Virus genome (UHGV): UHGV-1370141 | DNA length: 64,000 bases | Origin: a virus | Direction: 5' to 3' (one strand) | Part shown: positions 38,787 to 48,199 of the stretch, one piece after another | Position numbering within the stretch: position 1 is the stretch's first letter | How the letters are laid out: every line of letters starts with the position of its first letter | Position numbers and translations under genes: made by a program | Notes under the pieces: model-generated | What the model saw: only the letters and a program-made list of their open reading frames with translations | Databases searched by the model: none | Told to the model about the DNA's origin: nothing

Positions 38787-39266
38787 ATGCTAAAACGCAT
38801 TCTCGTGGTCGTTGCTTTTGTAATGACGTTGGCAGGTTGTGCTATTCAGCCGAACGCAGAAGGTCAGTTCTCCACCGTACCTGTTGACCAACATGATATG
38901 GTCATTTACACCTGTACAGGTGCTTCTCAAGAATTCGTCGATTTTAAACCGGTACCGTCTAGCCTAAAACTGATGCCCCTTTCGGTGTTAGTCATGGATA
39001 CAGGGGCGAATTGGGTCGCTACATGGGACGAAGGTAAAATCGAATCTCCGCAACTTTATAAAGACCTGTTAGGTAAGGTGGACGGTAACTTAAACGTTGT
39101 TACCGGTGAGCGCTATTACCGTGTAAACGGGTTACTGTCAAAAACTCCAACGTTTGCGTATTCTACCATCAACTACAAAACAGGTGAAGGTAAAGGTGTA
39201 ACGTTCTTCAGATGTCACGAAGGTAGCATTCCGGATACCGGCACTATGCTGCACCCGGTAGAATAA
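38787..39266 (+). CDS. Lipoprotein (lipobox LAGC), isolated on opposite strand
   Basis: MLKRILVVVAFVMTLAGCA signal with lipobox; own terminator downstream. Confidence 0.6.
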   Translation: MLKRILVVVAFVMTLAGCAIQPNAEGQFSTVPVDQHDMVIYTCTGASQEFVDFKPVPSSLKLMPLSVLVMDTGANWVATWDEGKIESPQLYKDLLGKVDGNLNVVTGERYYRVNGLLSKTPTFAYSTINYKTGEGKGVTFFRCHEGSIPDTGTMLHPVE

Positions 39267-39269
39267 TAA

Positions 39270-39307
39270 ATACCCTCCTGCTTAGCAGGAGGGTAGGTTT
39301 ATTTTGT
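39270..39307. terminator. Bidirectional intrinsic terminator
   Basis: Hairpin ACCCTCCTGC-tta-GCAGGAGGGT then TTTATTTT; A/T-rich on both sides. Confidence 0.65.
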
Positions 39308-39386
39308 CCGTAGAACGCGCTAGAACGCGTTCTAAGACGGTTTATACAAAATAAGGTACAATCATCCTAAGTTTCGGTTTACGCGC

Positions 39387-39902
39387 TTAGATTTTAACTA
39401 AGGCGCTCCAATCGATAGGGCTTTGTTTCACGACTTTCGCAGTACCGCGATTCGGTGACCAGAACGTGATATTCGGTTGGTTACGAACGTCGATATGCAA
39501 CCAACTGATGTCGCATTCGATAAAGTGAATAAACGGAAACTCATCAGGATTAGCGGCAATATAATCGTGGACTTGTTTTACCGTTGAATCTAACAGTGTC
39601 GCGTCGAACGCATTACCGAACTTGTGCTGACTCCCTGAATCGGAATAGAGTTGTAACGCACGTTGTTTATAGTTACCGCCCTTAGGCTTTTCTTGATTGA
39701 TGAAAAAGTCTAAGGTTCTTAGGCCACGCTGTTGCGCAGCAGACGAGTTAATCACCATTCTGCCGAAACGGTTACGAATCTGTTGCAGCGAAATCATTAA
39801 CAACGGGTTCATAAACCGAATTGCAGAATCACCGTATTTGGCGATGTACGATTGCGGTACTAACTCTTTGAGTTTAAAGTTACTCGGATTTGGATGAAAC
39901 AT
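39387..39902 (-). CDS. Peptidase M15 (VanY / L-Ala-D-Glu peptidase-like) cell-wall hydrolase, putative endolysin
   Basis: SQHKFGNAFDATL matches M15 S.H..G.A.D zinc-binding motif; C-terminal WLHIDV. Confidence 0.55.
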   Translation of the reverse strand: MFHPNPSNFKLKELVPQSYIAKYGDSAIRFMNPLLMISLQQIRNRFGRMVINSSAAQQRGLRTLDFFINQEKPKGGNYKQRALQLYSDSGSQHKFGNAFDATLLDSTVKQVHDYIAANPDEFPFIHFIECDISWLHIDVRNQPNITFWSPNRGTAKVVKQSPIDWSALVKI

Positions 39903-40545
39903 CTTCCCTCCCAGACAGAAAAGCCCGTTTGATGTTCAGGTATTTGACATTAACGGGACAACCTGTGGTGATATCAACACGTTCGTGGTCAGGAATAGCA
40001 GGCTCCTTAAACTCACGAACGAACAAATAGTTTCGATTGTAATCTAACGTACGGTAATCGTTAGTGGTATAAGACGGCTTCGCGTTAGGGTCTACGTAAG
40101 CATCCCAACCGAACCCCGCCACGGCTTTATAAAACGTTTGGCAGATATACGGTGAGATTTCCAACGACTGCATAATACGCAGGAATGTTAAGTCAGAGAA
40201 CTCTTTATCGATAATACGCGAAACGTTACCACCCGGTGTCATGGGATAGCTACGCTCCGTGTTACATTTTTGATAGAGTAAGTCGTGAATGCAGGCCGCA
40301 GGTGCCCACGGTCCGTCAGGATGGAAAATTCCCTGGAGGTGTTCAGGAATTGACGCTAAATCGGTAACGAACCCTTTCGGTGCTGTTAACCACAGTTGCG
40401 TGTCAGGCAATACACCCGTTAAATAAACCGCACGGTCTAAGTGTACGTGGTCGTGATAAATCTCACGTAACGTAAACGGATAATGGTAATCCTCCGTTAA
40501 TACAAACCACTTATTGTCTAAACGTTTATATTGAAGCTTCTCCAT
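39880..40545 (-). CDS. Hypothetical protein
   Basis: ATG at 40545 with AAGGTG RBS (track GTG 40554). Confidence 0.5.
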   Translation of the reverse strand: MEKLQYKRLDNKWFVLTEDYHYPFTLREIYHDHVHLDRAVYLTGVLPDTQLWLTAPKGFVTDLASIPEHLQGIFHPDGPWAPAACIHDLLYQKCNTERSYPMTPGGNVSRIIDKEFSDLTFLRIMQSLEISPYICQTFYKAVAGFGWDAYVDPNAKPSYTTNDYRTLDYNRNYLFVREFKEPAIPDHERVDITTGCPVNVKYLNIKRAFLSGREDVSSKSE

Positions 40546-40661
40546 TACCCACACCTTTCCTTACAAAAACCAGAAGAACTCTTGCCCACGCTTTTCGTCT
40601 TTACGTTTTCGACCAGACGTTAACGCTTTCCACAATAACGCTAAGAGTTTAGCAAACCAGT

Positions 40662-41252
40662 TCATTTTACTAACCCCGCTTTTACCGCATAATCTGCCAT
40701 TTCTCTGAAGACGCGGCCGTACCAACCGTAGGTGTATTTCTCGTTTCTCTTACGTTTTTCGGAGATTTCCGTGTAGTAAGTTACTTGGTGCGAGATTAAC
40801 GCAAAGATTAAAATGCTCAACCCTTCATCTTTACGATATTTCAGGTAGGCGTTCAACGCACCCAGTGTCTTAGGACCCATACCGCCGTCGGTGTCAATAT
40901 CTGCGTAAAGTTTCCCTTCGTTATTTAAAACGTTGAGAATACGTTGTAACGATTTCACACAGTTAGCACGCCCTGCGTTAATACCAAAATCAAACATCCG
41001 GTCTGCGAGTAACGGTGAGATAGCGAAAATCTCATCAAGTTTGAGCTTCTTCCACCAACCGCGATCGTAAATATCAAACGCTTGTGCACGGGTGAGGTCT
41101 TTCATTTTCCCTGTGTAGCCGTATTCGCGTGCAGTAGTTAAAGTTACACCGTGACAGGTTTCTCCACCTTTGTCGTCAGGGTCGTTGACGTACCCGCCTT
41201 CTAAATCCGTTTTGGATTCAATAATACCTTCTTTAGTCCAACGTTCAGCCAT
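40662..41252 (-). CDS. Glycoside hydrolase family 108-like lysozyme with C-terminal peptidoglycan-binding domain
   Basis: N-terminal EGGYVNDPDDKGGETCHGVT typical of GH108; C-terminal DTDGGMGPKTLGALNAYL typical of PG_binding_3. Confidence 0.7.
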   Translation of the reverse strand: MAERWTKEGIIESKTDLEGGYVNDPDDKGGETCHGVTLTTAREYGYTGKMKDLTRAQAFDIYDRGWWKKLKLDEIFAISPLLADRMFDFGINAGRANCVKSLQRILNVLNNEGKLYADIDTDGGMGPKTLGALNAYLKYRKDEGLSILIFALISHQVTYYTEISEKRKRNEKYTYGWYGRVFREMADYAVKAGLVK

Positions 41253-41261
41253 TTTCGTTCA

Positions 41262-41312
41262 ACTCCTCTTTTACACAAAAAAGAAAAGAGGGTGGGGATT
41301 ACCCCCACCCTG
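41262..41312 (-). terminator. Intrinsic terminator
   Basis: Hairpin AGGGTGGGG-attac-CCCCACCCT then T-run on minus strand. Confidence 0.5.
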
Positions 41313-41315
41313 TAA

Positions 41316-41795
41316 TTATTTTTTCTTCTTAGCGCGTGATGGCTTAGCTGGCGGTGTTTCAACAGCCGGTTTACGTGCAACACGCACTGTAAAACCACCA
41401 ACCCAGGTCAGACACTCAGGACGGAAGAAAATACCGTGTTCGATTGCGCTACCGTCCAACGGTAACTCACCAACCTGTTCTACCCATACATCGTCTTCTG
41501 TAAGGGTTAGGCTATACTGTTCGTTAATTACGGGCAGTAGGTCAGCGGTAGTCGTTGCAGACTCCACTAACAGTTTCGGTAATACGTTCAGGAAATACAA
41601 ACCTGCGTCAATGCGGTTATACTGGAACGTTTGTTCGTTAGTGTAACCGAGATTCTTAATTGACGCAACTGTGATTTCGGTATTGTACGTACCGGTGGTT
41701 ACGACCGGGTCACCCAGCGTGACTTTGGTGGTGTCGAACTCAGCGTCTGGGTTAGCCTTTTTAATAAGGTCGAAGATAGTTTCTTGATTGGTCAT
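41316..41795 (-). CDS. Hypothetical protein (Lys-rich C-terminus)
   Basis: 159 aa; AGAGGA RBS; C-terminal PAKPSRAKKKK. Confidence 0.55.
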   Translation of the reverse strand: MTNQETIFDLIKKANPDAEFDTTKVTLGDPVVTTGTYNTEITVASIKNLGYTNEQTFQYNRIDAGLYFLNVLPKLLVESATTTADLLPVINEQYSLTLTEDDVWVEQVGELPLDGSAIEHGIFFRPECLTWVGGFTVRVARKPAVETPPAKPSRAKKKK

Positions 41796-41808
41796 TACTG
41801 TAATCCTC

Positions 41809-42657
41809 TTAATCTAAGAATCCCGGTAAGACCGGATTAGTCTGCGCTAATTCAATCTTCGACTTCGGACGATCGGTGCCGTTAAAGTGGATTAACAGAT
41901 TACCGGTCAGGTTAGAACACAGCGGGCTGAGCGTCAGCACCAACACACGCGTGAACTTCGTATTTGCGCCTTCGTAACCTGCGGTTGGACCATCGTAAAT
42001 AATCTTCGCACCATACAGGTTGTTAGCCGCGTTCTTAGGTACACTTACCCATTTCTCATCAACGACGTTAGCCAGTTTAGTGGCTAACTCAGCCAGGTCG
42101 ACGGTGTCGTTGATAGTAATCGGGTCAAGGTAATCTTTTTCTGCGGTGAAATCAATCGGGTGAGAATAAACCGCAGCGTTACCTTTCTTAGTAGACGGAT
42201 ACTCTACCAGATTCTCTAATTGAGTAACTGGTAACAGTTCAGTCAGGTCAATAGGATCACGCAGCGTAAGTGTTACTACACCGCACCACTCGTAAGATTT
42301 CTCGTTAGCGGTAAGCTGATGGGTTTCACCTTCAACTTTTGCGTCAACGATATCCGAGGGTAAAATATTTAGGTTGTATTTTGCGTTAATCGCATTAAGC
42401 AAATCCGATGCGGTTACCACACTGTCGTTACCGAACACCAACTCACCGGTTAGGTAGTCAGGTAAATTACGACGGTGGTAAGTCACGGTTAAAGTAGTAG
42501 ACTCATCGCCTTTGAGTTTAGAGGTCAGAACCACCTGGGTATCAACCCCAGTACCGGTAGGTTCTCCGATATCAACATCACTGAAAGTCAACGGTGGACT
42601 AATATTGTTTTCAGTGTTGATGAGTTTTAGCAGTTTCTGTTTTGACGTAAGAGACAT
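41809..42657 (-). CDS. Hypothetical protein
   Basis: 282-aa ORF. Confidence 0.55.
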   Translation of the reverse strand: MSLTSKQKLLKLINTENNISPPLTFSDVDIGEPTGTGVDTQVVLTSKLKGDESTTLTVTYHRRNLPDYLTGELVFGNDSVVTASDLLNAINAKYNLNILPSDIVDAKVEGETHQLTANEKSYEWCGVVTLTLRDPIDLTELLPVTQLENLVEYPSTKKGNAAVYSHPIDFTAEKDYLDPITINDTVDLAELATKLANVVDEKWVSVPKNAANNLYGAKIIYDGPTAGYEGANTKFTRVLVLTLSPLCSNLTGNLLIHFNGTDRPKSKIELAQTNPVLPGFLD

Positions 42658-42769
42658 CGCGTTAACTCACAGTAAGTAAAAAGGTTTAAGAGGTCGTTTT
42701 ACATCCCTCAGCCAGCATAGGAATAGTCGGGTAGGGTGTAAGTAAAGCGGTGTCAAAATAACAAAAAAG

Positions 42770-42816
42770 AAAAGGGAAAGAAAATTAATTCCGCTATAGA
42801 CCGAAGCCTATAGCGG
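42770..42816 (-). terminator. Intrinsic terminator
   Basis: Perfect 9-bp hairpin CCGCTATAG-accgaagc-CTATAGCGG next to stop of 42824..43255, T-rich downstream on minus strand. Confidence 0.5.
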
Positions 42817-42823
42817 AGAGTGG

Positions 42824-43255
42824 TTAGCGAACGTTGTGTGCTAAGTACATTAGCGTACGGGTGTCGATATCACGAGAAGTTTGTGACATTTGGTTCAGTA
42901 GAGTGCTGGCAGTAGGGTCGTTGTAAACACGACTTAACCACTCGTCAACCATTTCTGGTACAGTGTCGACTAAAAGCGGATAGTTAAGATTTTCCAGTGT
43001 GTATTCAACGAATTCGTGCATCAGATTCTGGTCACGATGCATAGTGTCACCTAACTCACCTACAGGGTACTCTTCACGAGGACGTTTACCCCAGCTACAG
43101 ATGTGCATGTAGTTAGTATTCACAATTTCTTGATATTCTTCTAACTTAACTAAATCGAAGTCAGTATTTGGACGACAGAAACCTGCTAAAACGCCTAAAG
43201 CAATCGGATTGTTACGAATGTAGTTACGGATATCATCTTTTAATAGGAAAAACAT
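42824..43255 (-). CDS. Hypothetical protein, paralog of 44521..44952
   Basis: LKDDIRNYIRNNPIALGVLAGF vs LKLELRDYIRKYPASIPVLASL. Confidence 0.55.
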   Translation of the reverse strand: MFFLLKDDIRNYIRNNPIALGVLAGFCRPNTDFDLVKLEEYQEIVNTNYMHICSWGKRPREEYPVGELGDTMHRDQNLMHEFVEYTLENLNYPLLVDTVPEMVDEWLSRVYNDPTASTLLNQMSQTSRDIDTRTLMYLAHNVR

Positions 43256-43271
43256 TTTAATGCTCCTTTAG

Positions 43272-43308
43272 GTAAATACAATAATAGAGGGGTGGATTAC
43301 CACCCCTT
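43272..43308 (-). terminator. Intrinsic terminator
   Basis: Hairpin AGGGGTGG-atta-CCACCCCT then T-rich on minus strand. Confidence 0.5.
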
Positions 43309-43331
43309 GGTTGAATTTAGAACGTCGTTAA

Positions 43332-44498
43332 TTAACGACGTTTTTGACAATTAGGGCAGTTGCAACCTACGCCAGAAGATATTTCTCTAAAGTACGCGTC
43401 GAGTAAGTGCTCGTTATTATTAAGAAAACGAACTGACCACAAGTCACGCAGATGAGTTTTTAACTTTCCAATAATACCGGGTTCATAGTTGAGTAGAATG
43501 GTAAGTGCGTTGTCTGTGTAAGTCCACTGACGGACTTTCTCAGGAAACCAACGAGTGATATCACGCATAAACGTATCGGCATCTTCTTTCCCAATAGCAG
43601 TGATTGTCAGAAGACGTAGACGGTTGTTAACAAACTCATCAATGAGACTATGAATTTCTTCTTCAAAAGCAATGTTCCACCATTTCCATTTAAAGGTGAG
43701 TTTTTCGCCCTCGAGTTTGGTCTCTACCTTGGTAGAATAGAATGCTGTCAAAGTGTCATTAATCGCTTCGGCATCTGGACCAGTGTATGTAAAGGCTTTC
43801 AACACATCGGACTCTTCACGCGGTTGCTCCCCTTCTTCGAGTTGGTTAAGAAAAATTTTCTTTGTTAACTTACGCATACAGATGTTCAATTGATTAATAA
43901 CAACAGGGTCATTATCAACAATCACTGTTAAAGTATCGCCAACATAATTAGACTGGCGAATTTTCTCCTTGTGTTCGTGAACAACTATACGCATGAATTC
44001 GTCCGCTTCACCTTTTCCGATACCTTGAAACGAAATAAGACGAACGGTGTCGTTATCGATCATCTCAGCGACAGAACGTACTTCTTCCATGAGGTTACGA
44101 TCGTCTTTCTTCAATCGAACGACGAGTTTGCTGTTATCCCAGTAAATGCCTAAATCGTCGGGATAGAAGGTCTCTAACGCCTCTTTAATATCCTTAATCT
44201 TTTCGCCTTCGTACCAGAGGACGTGCGGTTCGTCTTTCTGCTGCTCTTCGACTTTCGGTTGTTCAGTCTCGGCCGTTTCTACCGGGTTGAGCAACTCACC
44301 GATTTCCACCGCGATAGTGTCGCAAAGATAATCGTTGCAGTGAGTCCAGTAGAACACGATGCTTTCATCATTGACCTGCTCTACGCGGAAATGTACACCT
44401 TTATCCAGGAATATACGATAAAGTTGATCGAGTAACTGTGCTTCAGGAACCGGACGGATTTCGGTTTTAACGAGCGGTGTAATCTCGATATTATACAT
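43332..44498 (-). CDS. Hypothetical protein with internally repeated domain and C-terminal CxCPxC
   Basis: Two similar segments (...GKGEADEFMR... / ...GKEDADTFMR...) also related to 48200..49042; ends GVGCNCPNCQKRR. Confidence 0.55.
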   Translation of the reverse strand: MYNIEITPLVKTEIRPVPEAQLLDQLYRIFLDKGVHFRVEQVNDESIVFYWTHCNDYLCDTIAVEIGELLNPVETAETEQPKVEEQQKDEPHVLWYEGEKIKDIKEALETFYPDDLGIYWDNSKLVVRLKKDDRNLMEEVRSVAEMIDNDTVRLISFQGIGKGEADEFMRIVVHEHKEKIRQSNYVGDTLTVIVDNDPVVINQLNICMRKLTKKIFLNQLEEGEQPREESDVLKAFTYTGPDAEAINDTLTAFYSTKVETKLEGEKLTFKWKWWNIAFEEEIHSLIDEFVNNRLRLLTITAIGKEDADTFMRDITRWFPEKVRQWTYTDNALTILLNYEPGIIGKLKTHLRDLWSVRFLNNNEHLLDAYFREISSGVGCNCPNCQKRR

Positions 44499-44520
44499 GT
44501 CAATTTTCCTTTTTGGTAAA

Positions 44521-44952
44521 TTATTCGTAGTTGTGCTTAAGGAACTCTAAAGCACGTTGGTCATTGGTTAATGCTACTGCCGACATTTTCTTTAAGGCTT
44601 GACGACAGTAAGCGTCACTCACAATACGTTGTTGCCAAGCATTGACAATTTCCGTAACGGTTTCTCCTTCTACAGCCGTATTGAGTTTATCGATAAAGTG
44701 ACGTCCCATCAGATACGCAACTGCGTAGTCCGTGAACATCTCTGTACCGAAATCACCGTCTGGGTAGTCAGCACGTTTCCGCACTGACATATCGGTAACG
44801 ATTTGATACGACGACTTCACCACTTCGTGGAATTTTTCTACCGTTAAGGTGTTAAGGTCCATACCCGATAAAGAGAGTGAAGCCAGTACCGGAATACTGG
44901 CTGGGTATTTACGAATGTAATCACGCAACTCTAATTTCAGTTCTTTGCTCAT
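44521..44952 (-). CDS. Hypothetical protein, paralog of 42824..43255
   Basis: ATG at 44952 with GGTGAG RBS (track GTG 44964). Confidence 0.5.
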   Translation of the reverse strand: MSKELKLELRDYIRKYPASIPVLASLSLSGMDLNTLTVEKFHEVVKSSYQIVTDMSVRKRADYPDGDFGTEMFTDYAVAYLMGRHFIDKLNTAVEGETVTEIVNAWQQRIVSDAYCRQALKKMSAVALTNDQRALEFLKHNYE

Positions 44953-44957
44953 TGAAC

Positions 44958-45431
44958 TCACCACTTATATTCAAACAAATAGCTGGAGAAAACATCGGCG
45001 AAATTTTCTAAATCATCGGTGTCAATCAAATCCAATCCTTTATTCAGAGATCCTAGCCATGTACCGTCGTAGCAAACTGCCATTACAGAATGGCGAACTT
45101 TTAGTTTACCGTCATTAGTAAATGAACGTTCACCGTTCTCGCCCGCCTCGTAGCGTTCCCCATTGTCAGCCAAGATAACCAGTTTGTCTAACGGGATGAA
45201 AGCGTCCATTACAACAAAGTCATAACGTGCAGTGACATGATTGTCGGTTACAGTTAAACGTTCAATAATGTAAAGGTTTGAATCACGTTTCAGCTCTTTG
45301 CTTTTTCTCCATCCATTCTTAATCAGCGAAAAAGCATCGCTTCTGCCAGTAAACAGATCTTTAATTTTATAGGTTTTTTCTACTGAATGGAAAGCGGCAT
45401 GAACGTTGCTGTTGATTTCTAAGCTAAACAT
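44958..45431 (-). CDS. Hypothetical protein
   Basis: 157-aa ORF. Confidence 0.55.
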   Translation of the reverse strand: MFSLEINSNVHAAFHSVEKTYKIKDLFTGRSDAFSLIKNGWRKSKELKRDSNLYIIERLTVTDNHVTARYDFVVMDAFIPLDKLVILADNGERYEAGENGERSFTNDGKLKVRHSVMAVCYDGTWLGSLNKGLDLIDTDDLENFADVFSSYLFEYKW

Positions 45432-45479
45432 ATTCTATTCCTTATATACAAGTCGAAGAGTTAATGTGTTAATTTTCGT

Positions 45480-45974
45480 TTAGAGATGTTTTTCGATAAC
45501 TTCCGAAACTAATTCGTAAAGGTCATCGTCGCTGCACACTTCTACACTAATTCCGATATCGATACTACGACTACGGAACCCAACTTTGAGCGATTTACCG
45601 AACTCGGTTTGAAAGGCTTTATAGAGGATGTTCTTATCTTCTTCTGTGAGGCGAACAGGTAGTCTAACGGTGAACTTGTAATGTTCTTTCGAAACAAGTT
45701 CGTTGGAATAATTGAGTCGTTTGGCTCCACGCGTTCCGACAATCTGTGTTACCAGCTTAAACATTTCCTCGTCGGTATACGCTGTTGCGCTATAACCGAT
45801 ATCGATAGTGTTTCTGCGGAAACCTGCGCAGAACAAAGCACCGAACTGTTCACGGAATTCTTTGTACAGGACGTCTTTTTCTACGTCCAGTAATCCGTAA
45901 CCCAAGTCAACAGTAAATTTGTATTTTTCTTTGTCAACCAATTCATTAGTGTAATCAAGTCTAGTGAAGTTCAT
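45480..45974 (-). CDS. Hypothetical protein made of two tandem ~80-aa repeats
   Basis: LDYTNELVDKEKYKFTVDL...FRRNTIDIGYS vs LNYSNELVSKEHYKFTVRL...FRSRSIDIGIS. Confidence 0.55.
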   Translation of the reverse strand: MNFTRLDYTNELVDKEKYKFTVDLGYGLLDVEKDVLYKEFREQFGALFCAGFRRNTIDIGYSATAYTDEEMFKLVTQIVGTRGAKRLNYSNELVSKEHYKFTVRLPVRLTEEDKNILYKAFQTEFGKSLKVGFRSRSIDIGISVEVCSDDDLYELVSEVIEKHL

Positions 45975-46019
45975 GGTATATGCTCCTAAAATGGTTTTAG
46001 TTAAGTGAGAGCTTTCGTA

Positions 46020-46045
46020 CTCTCACCTAAGTAATATATATCTGA
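46020..46045 (-). promoter_or_regulatory. Conserved 26-bp promoter-like motif, copy 3 of 4
   Basis: Minus strand TCAGATATATATTACTTAGGTGAGAG about 50 nt upstream of 45480..45974. Confidence 0.4.
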
Positions 46046-46056
46046 AAATATTTTAA

Positions 46057-46338
46057 TTAAAACCCAGCAATAAAACTGCCTAATGAAAGACGCTGTAAGT
46101 ATTTTGGCTTACGTGCCAGGTAACAGTTCTTAGGATTACCTATCGCCATCTGTGCAACCGCACGTTCTAAACGCGGTGCTTCTAAGATAGCACGATAGTT
46201 CCCTTCGTAATGCATTAACCATGCACACTCTTCAACAAAACGTTTTGCTTCTCGGTATTCTAACGTACGAATACGTTTCTTACCACGATACAAAACCACA
46301 TCACCATTACTACGAAATACAACCGTTTCACGATTCAT
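46057..46338 (-). CDS. Hypothetical protein
   Basis: Track gives GTG at 46395; internal ATG at 46338 reduces overlap; start uncertain. Confidence 0.4.
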   Translation of the reverse strand: MNRETVVFRSNGDVVLYRGKKRIRTLEYREAKRFVEECAWLMHYEGNYRAILEAPRLERAVAQMAIGNPKNCYLARKPKYLQRLSLGSFIAGF

Positions 46339-46624
46339 TGATTTTACCCCATAATTCTCGCCGTAAAACTTGTTTATACATATCGACCTGAGCACGACAA
46401 TCTTTTGTGGCCTTCTCTAGTATTAAAAAACCAGCTTCTTTTGGCAATTTCTCCTCGCAAATGTACTCGGTAATAGCACAAAGCTTGTAATAAAGCTCTA
46501 GCTGTTCCCTGAGCGATTTTTCCTGCACTTTAATTAATTCATCTTGCTTAGCAATAACCTTTTCATTAACTTCGCAGACAGGACATTTCTTACGTTTAAA
46601 TAGCCGAATTAGTTTAAAAACCAT
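46328..46624 (-). CDS. Hypothetical protein (CPVC motif)
   Basis: ATG at 46624 with GGTGG RBS (track TTG 46642). Confidence 0.45.
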   Translation of the reverse strand: MVFKLIRLFKRKKCPVCEVNEKVIAKQDELIKVQEKSLREQLELYYKLCAITEYICEEKLPKEAGFLILEKATKDCRAQVDMYKQVLRRELWGKINES

Positions 46625-46922
46625 TATCGCCACCGTTTGCAATCCAGGTTGCTACACGAACGTGTGCACTGTGAAAGTTAGAGACTAAGAGTATTACACC
46701 ACCTAACGTACGTGGAACGCGTAAGGCTTCGAAACGACGACAGTAAGAACGTACACAATACTCAGAACCTAAGATAACGATTTCGCAGTATTCTGAACGA
46801 ATCGGCAGTAGTTGAGAAACGAGTTTATCACACGTTTCTTTGTTGTCTTCTAATAACCCGCCACTGAGAATATAGTTGACGATGTTCTCAGGTGCCGATG
46901 TGTTTGCGATTTTATTTTCCAT
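46614..46922 (-). CDS. Hypothetical protein
   Basis: 102 aa; AGGAG RBS. Confidence 0.5.
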   Translation of the reverse strand: MENKIANTSAPENIVNYILSGGLLEDNKETCDKLVSQLLPIRSEYCEIVILGSEYCVRSYCRRFEALRVPRTLGGVILLVSNFHSAHVRVATWIANGGDNGF

Positions 46923-46924
46923 CG

Positions 46925-47314
46925 TTAAACTCCTATAGTGATCTCCGTGATGTGCATTCTTCGCATCTCACGAGTCATTCTGTCTATTGCCCGTTGACAT
47001 TCGAATAAATTGTCGTAGTATTTCTGGGCAGTAACGTTGAATATAATCCGACCTTCTTTCAATTGTTTAGCAACGACTTTTGTAGTTTCCGATTCAAACA
47101 GCAGACCACCTTCCCTGCCAATCTTAACTAAAACGTCACGAATAGCAACGTTTATAAGCTCGCCATTTGGGGAAACCACGATTTCCGTATACCAGTCGCC
47201 CTCACTAACGATACGTTGTACCCTTTCACCGCATAGCCAGTTTTTGACTTTCCCATTGACGAATAATTGGGCCTTTAGTAACAAACGTCTTTTTAAGTAA
47301 GATAAACGCATCAT
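46925..47314 (-). CDS. Hypothetical protein
   Basis: ATG at 47314 with AAGGTG RBS (track GTG 47323). Confidence 0.5.
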   Translation of the reverse strand: MMRLSYLKRRLLLKAQLFVNGKVKNWLCGERVQRIVSEGDWYTEIVVSPNGELINVAIRDVLVKIGREGGLLFESETTKVVAKQLKEGRIIFNVTAQKYYDNLFECQRAIDRMTREMRRMHITEITIGV

Positions 47315-47357
47315 GCAAATCACCTTATCTCCCTCGGGAAAACCGAGGGAGTGCTAA

Positions 47358-47639
47358 TCACAGTTTCTCTTCTATTGTATCGATTCGAACTAACGCATCG
47401 TGACTGACTTTACGTGCGTGTCCAATCGTACTACCTAAAGCTTTTGTTGTTGGGTCTAAGGTATTCAGACGGTGATACTGATAATCGATATCTCGTATAC
47501 AACGCGCCTGTTGTTTTACCATCCGAATTAATTGTCGTTTGGTCTGACGATTGTTACTAAGTTCCTGTCGTAATCGCGTGTTTTCTTTATAAAGCTCCTG
47601 TTGACGTGTGTTAATTAAACCCAACAACCAATCTAACAT
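47358..47639 (-). CDS. Hypothetical coiled-coil protein
   Basis: 93 aa; GGGGGT RBS. Confidence 0.5.
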   Translation of the reverse strand: MLDWLLGLINTRQQELYKENTRLRQELSNNRQTKRQLIRMVKQQARCIRDIDYQYHRLNTLDPTTKALGSTIGHARKVSHDALVRIDTIEEKL

Positions 47640-47641
47640 TT

Positions 47642-48157
47642 TTACCCCCTGTGCAAGAAAATGCGGTTAGTGTTTTCGAATTTCGGTTCTGTCCACTCTA
47701 GTTCCCAGTAAGCCTGGTTAATATCGCGAGACGTGAGTTTCAAATTCGAAACACCGGGGATATCGATCTGTTGCAGTAAATTAATAATCGTCACCAGCTC
47801 TTTACGAGGACGGTTCCAGATAACTTCAAGATACTCTTTCAGACGTTCTGGGTAAGCAACGGGGCGAATATAGACTAGCCCAGAAGGATACTCAATTGCT
47901 GAGGGTGTTCTTGGCACTAACCAAACCCAGTCTTTTAATAGCGGTCCTGGGTGATAATTCGAGAGTTGGGTAAGCGCGTTCGCGACGGAACAACAGCGAA
48001 AATACATGATGTCCCAGTCTTTTTCGAAACAATTACGTGCGACCAGGACCTTTAGCTTATCGATAGGTTTACCGTCAATCGTAGTAACACCTGGCTGATT
48101 AGCCAAGATTTGACGTTCACGTTTGGTATAAAGATTCATGTTGATTGTTACAGACAT
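47642..48157 (-). CDS. Hypothetical protein
   Basis: 171 aa; AAGGAG RBS. Confidence 0.55.
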   Translation of the reverse strand: MSVTINMNLYTKRERQILANQPGVTTIDGKPIDKLKVLVARNCFEKDWDIMYFRCCSVANALTQLSNYHPGPLLKDWVWLVPRTPSAIEYPSGLVYIRPVAYPERLKEYLEVIWNRPRKELVTIINLLQQIDIPGVSNLKLTSRDINQAYWELEWTEPKFENTNRIFLHRG

Positions 48158-48199
48158 TTAATGCTCCTTTAGGTAAATAGTGGGGTAATTAAGCCTTCG

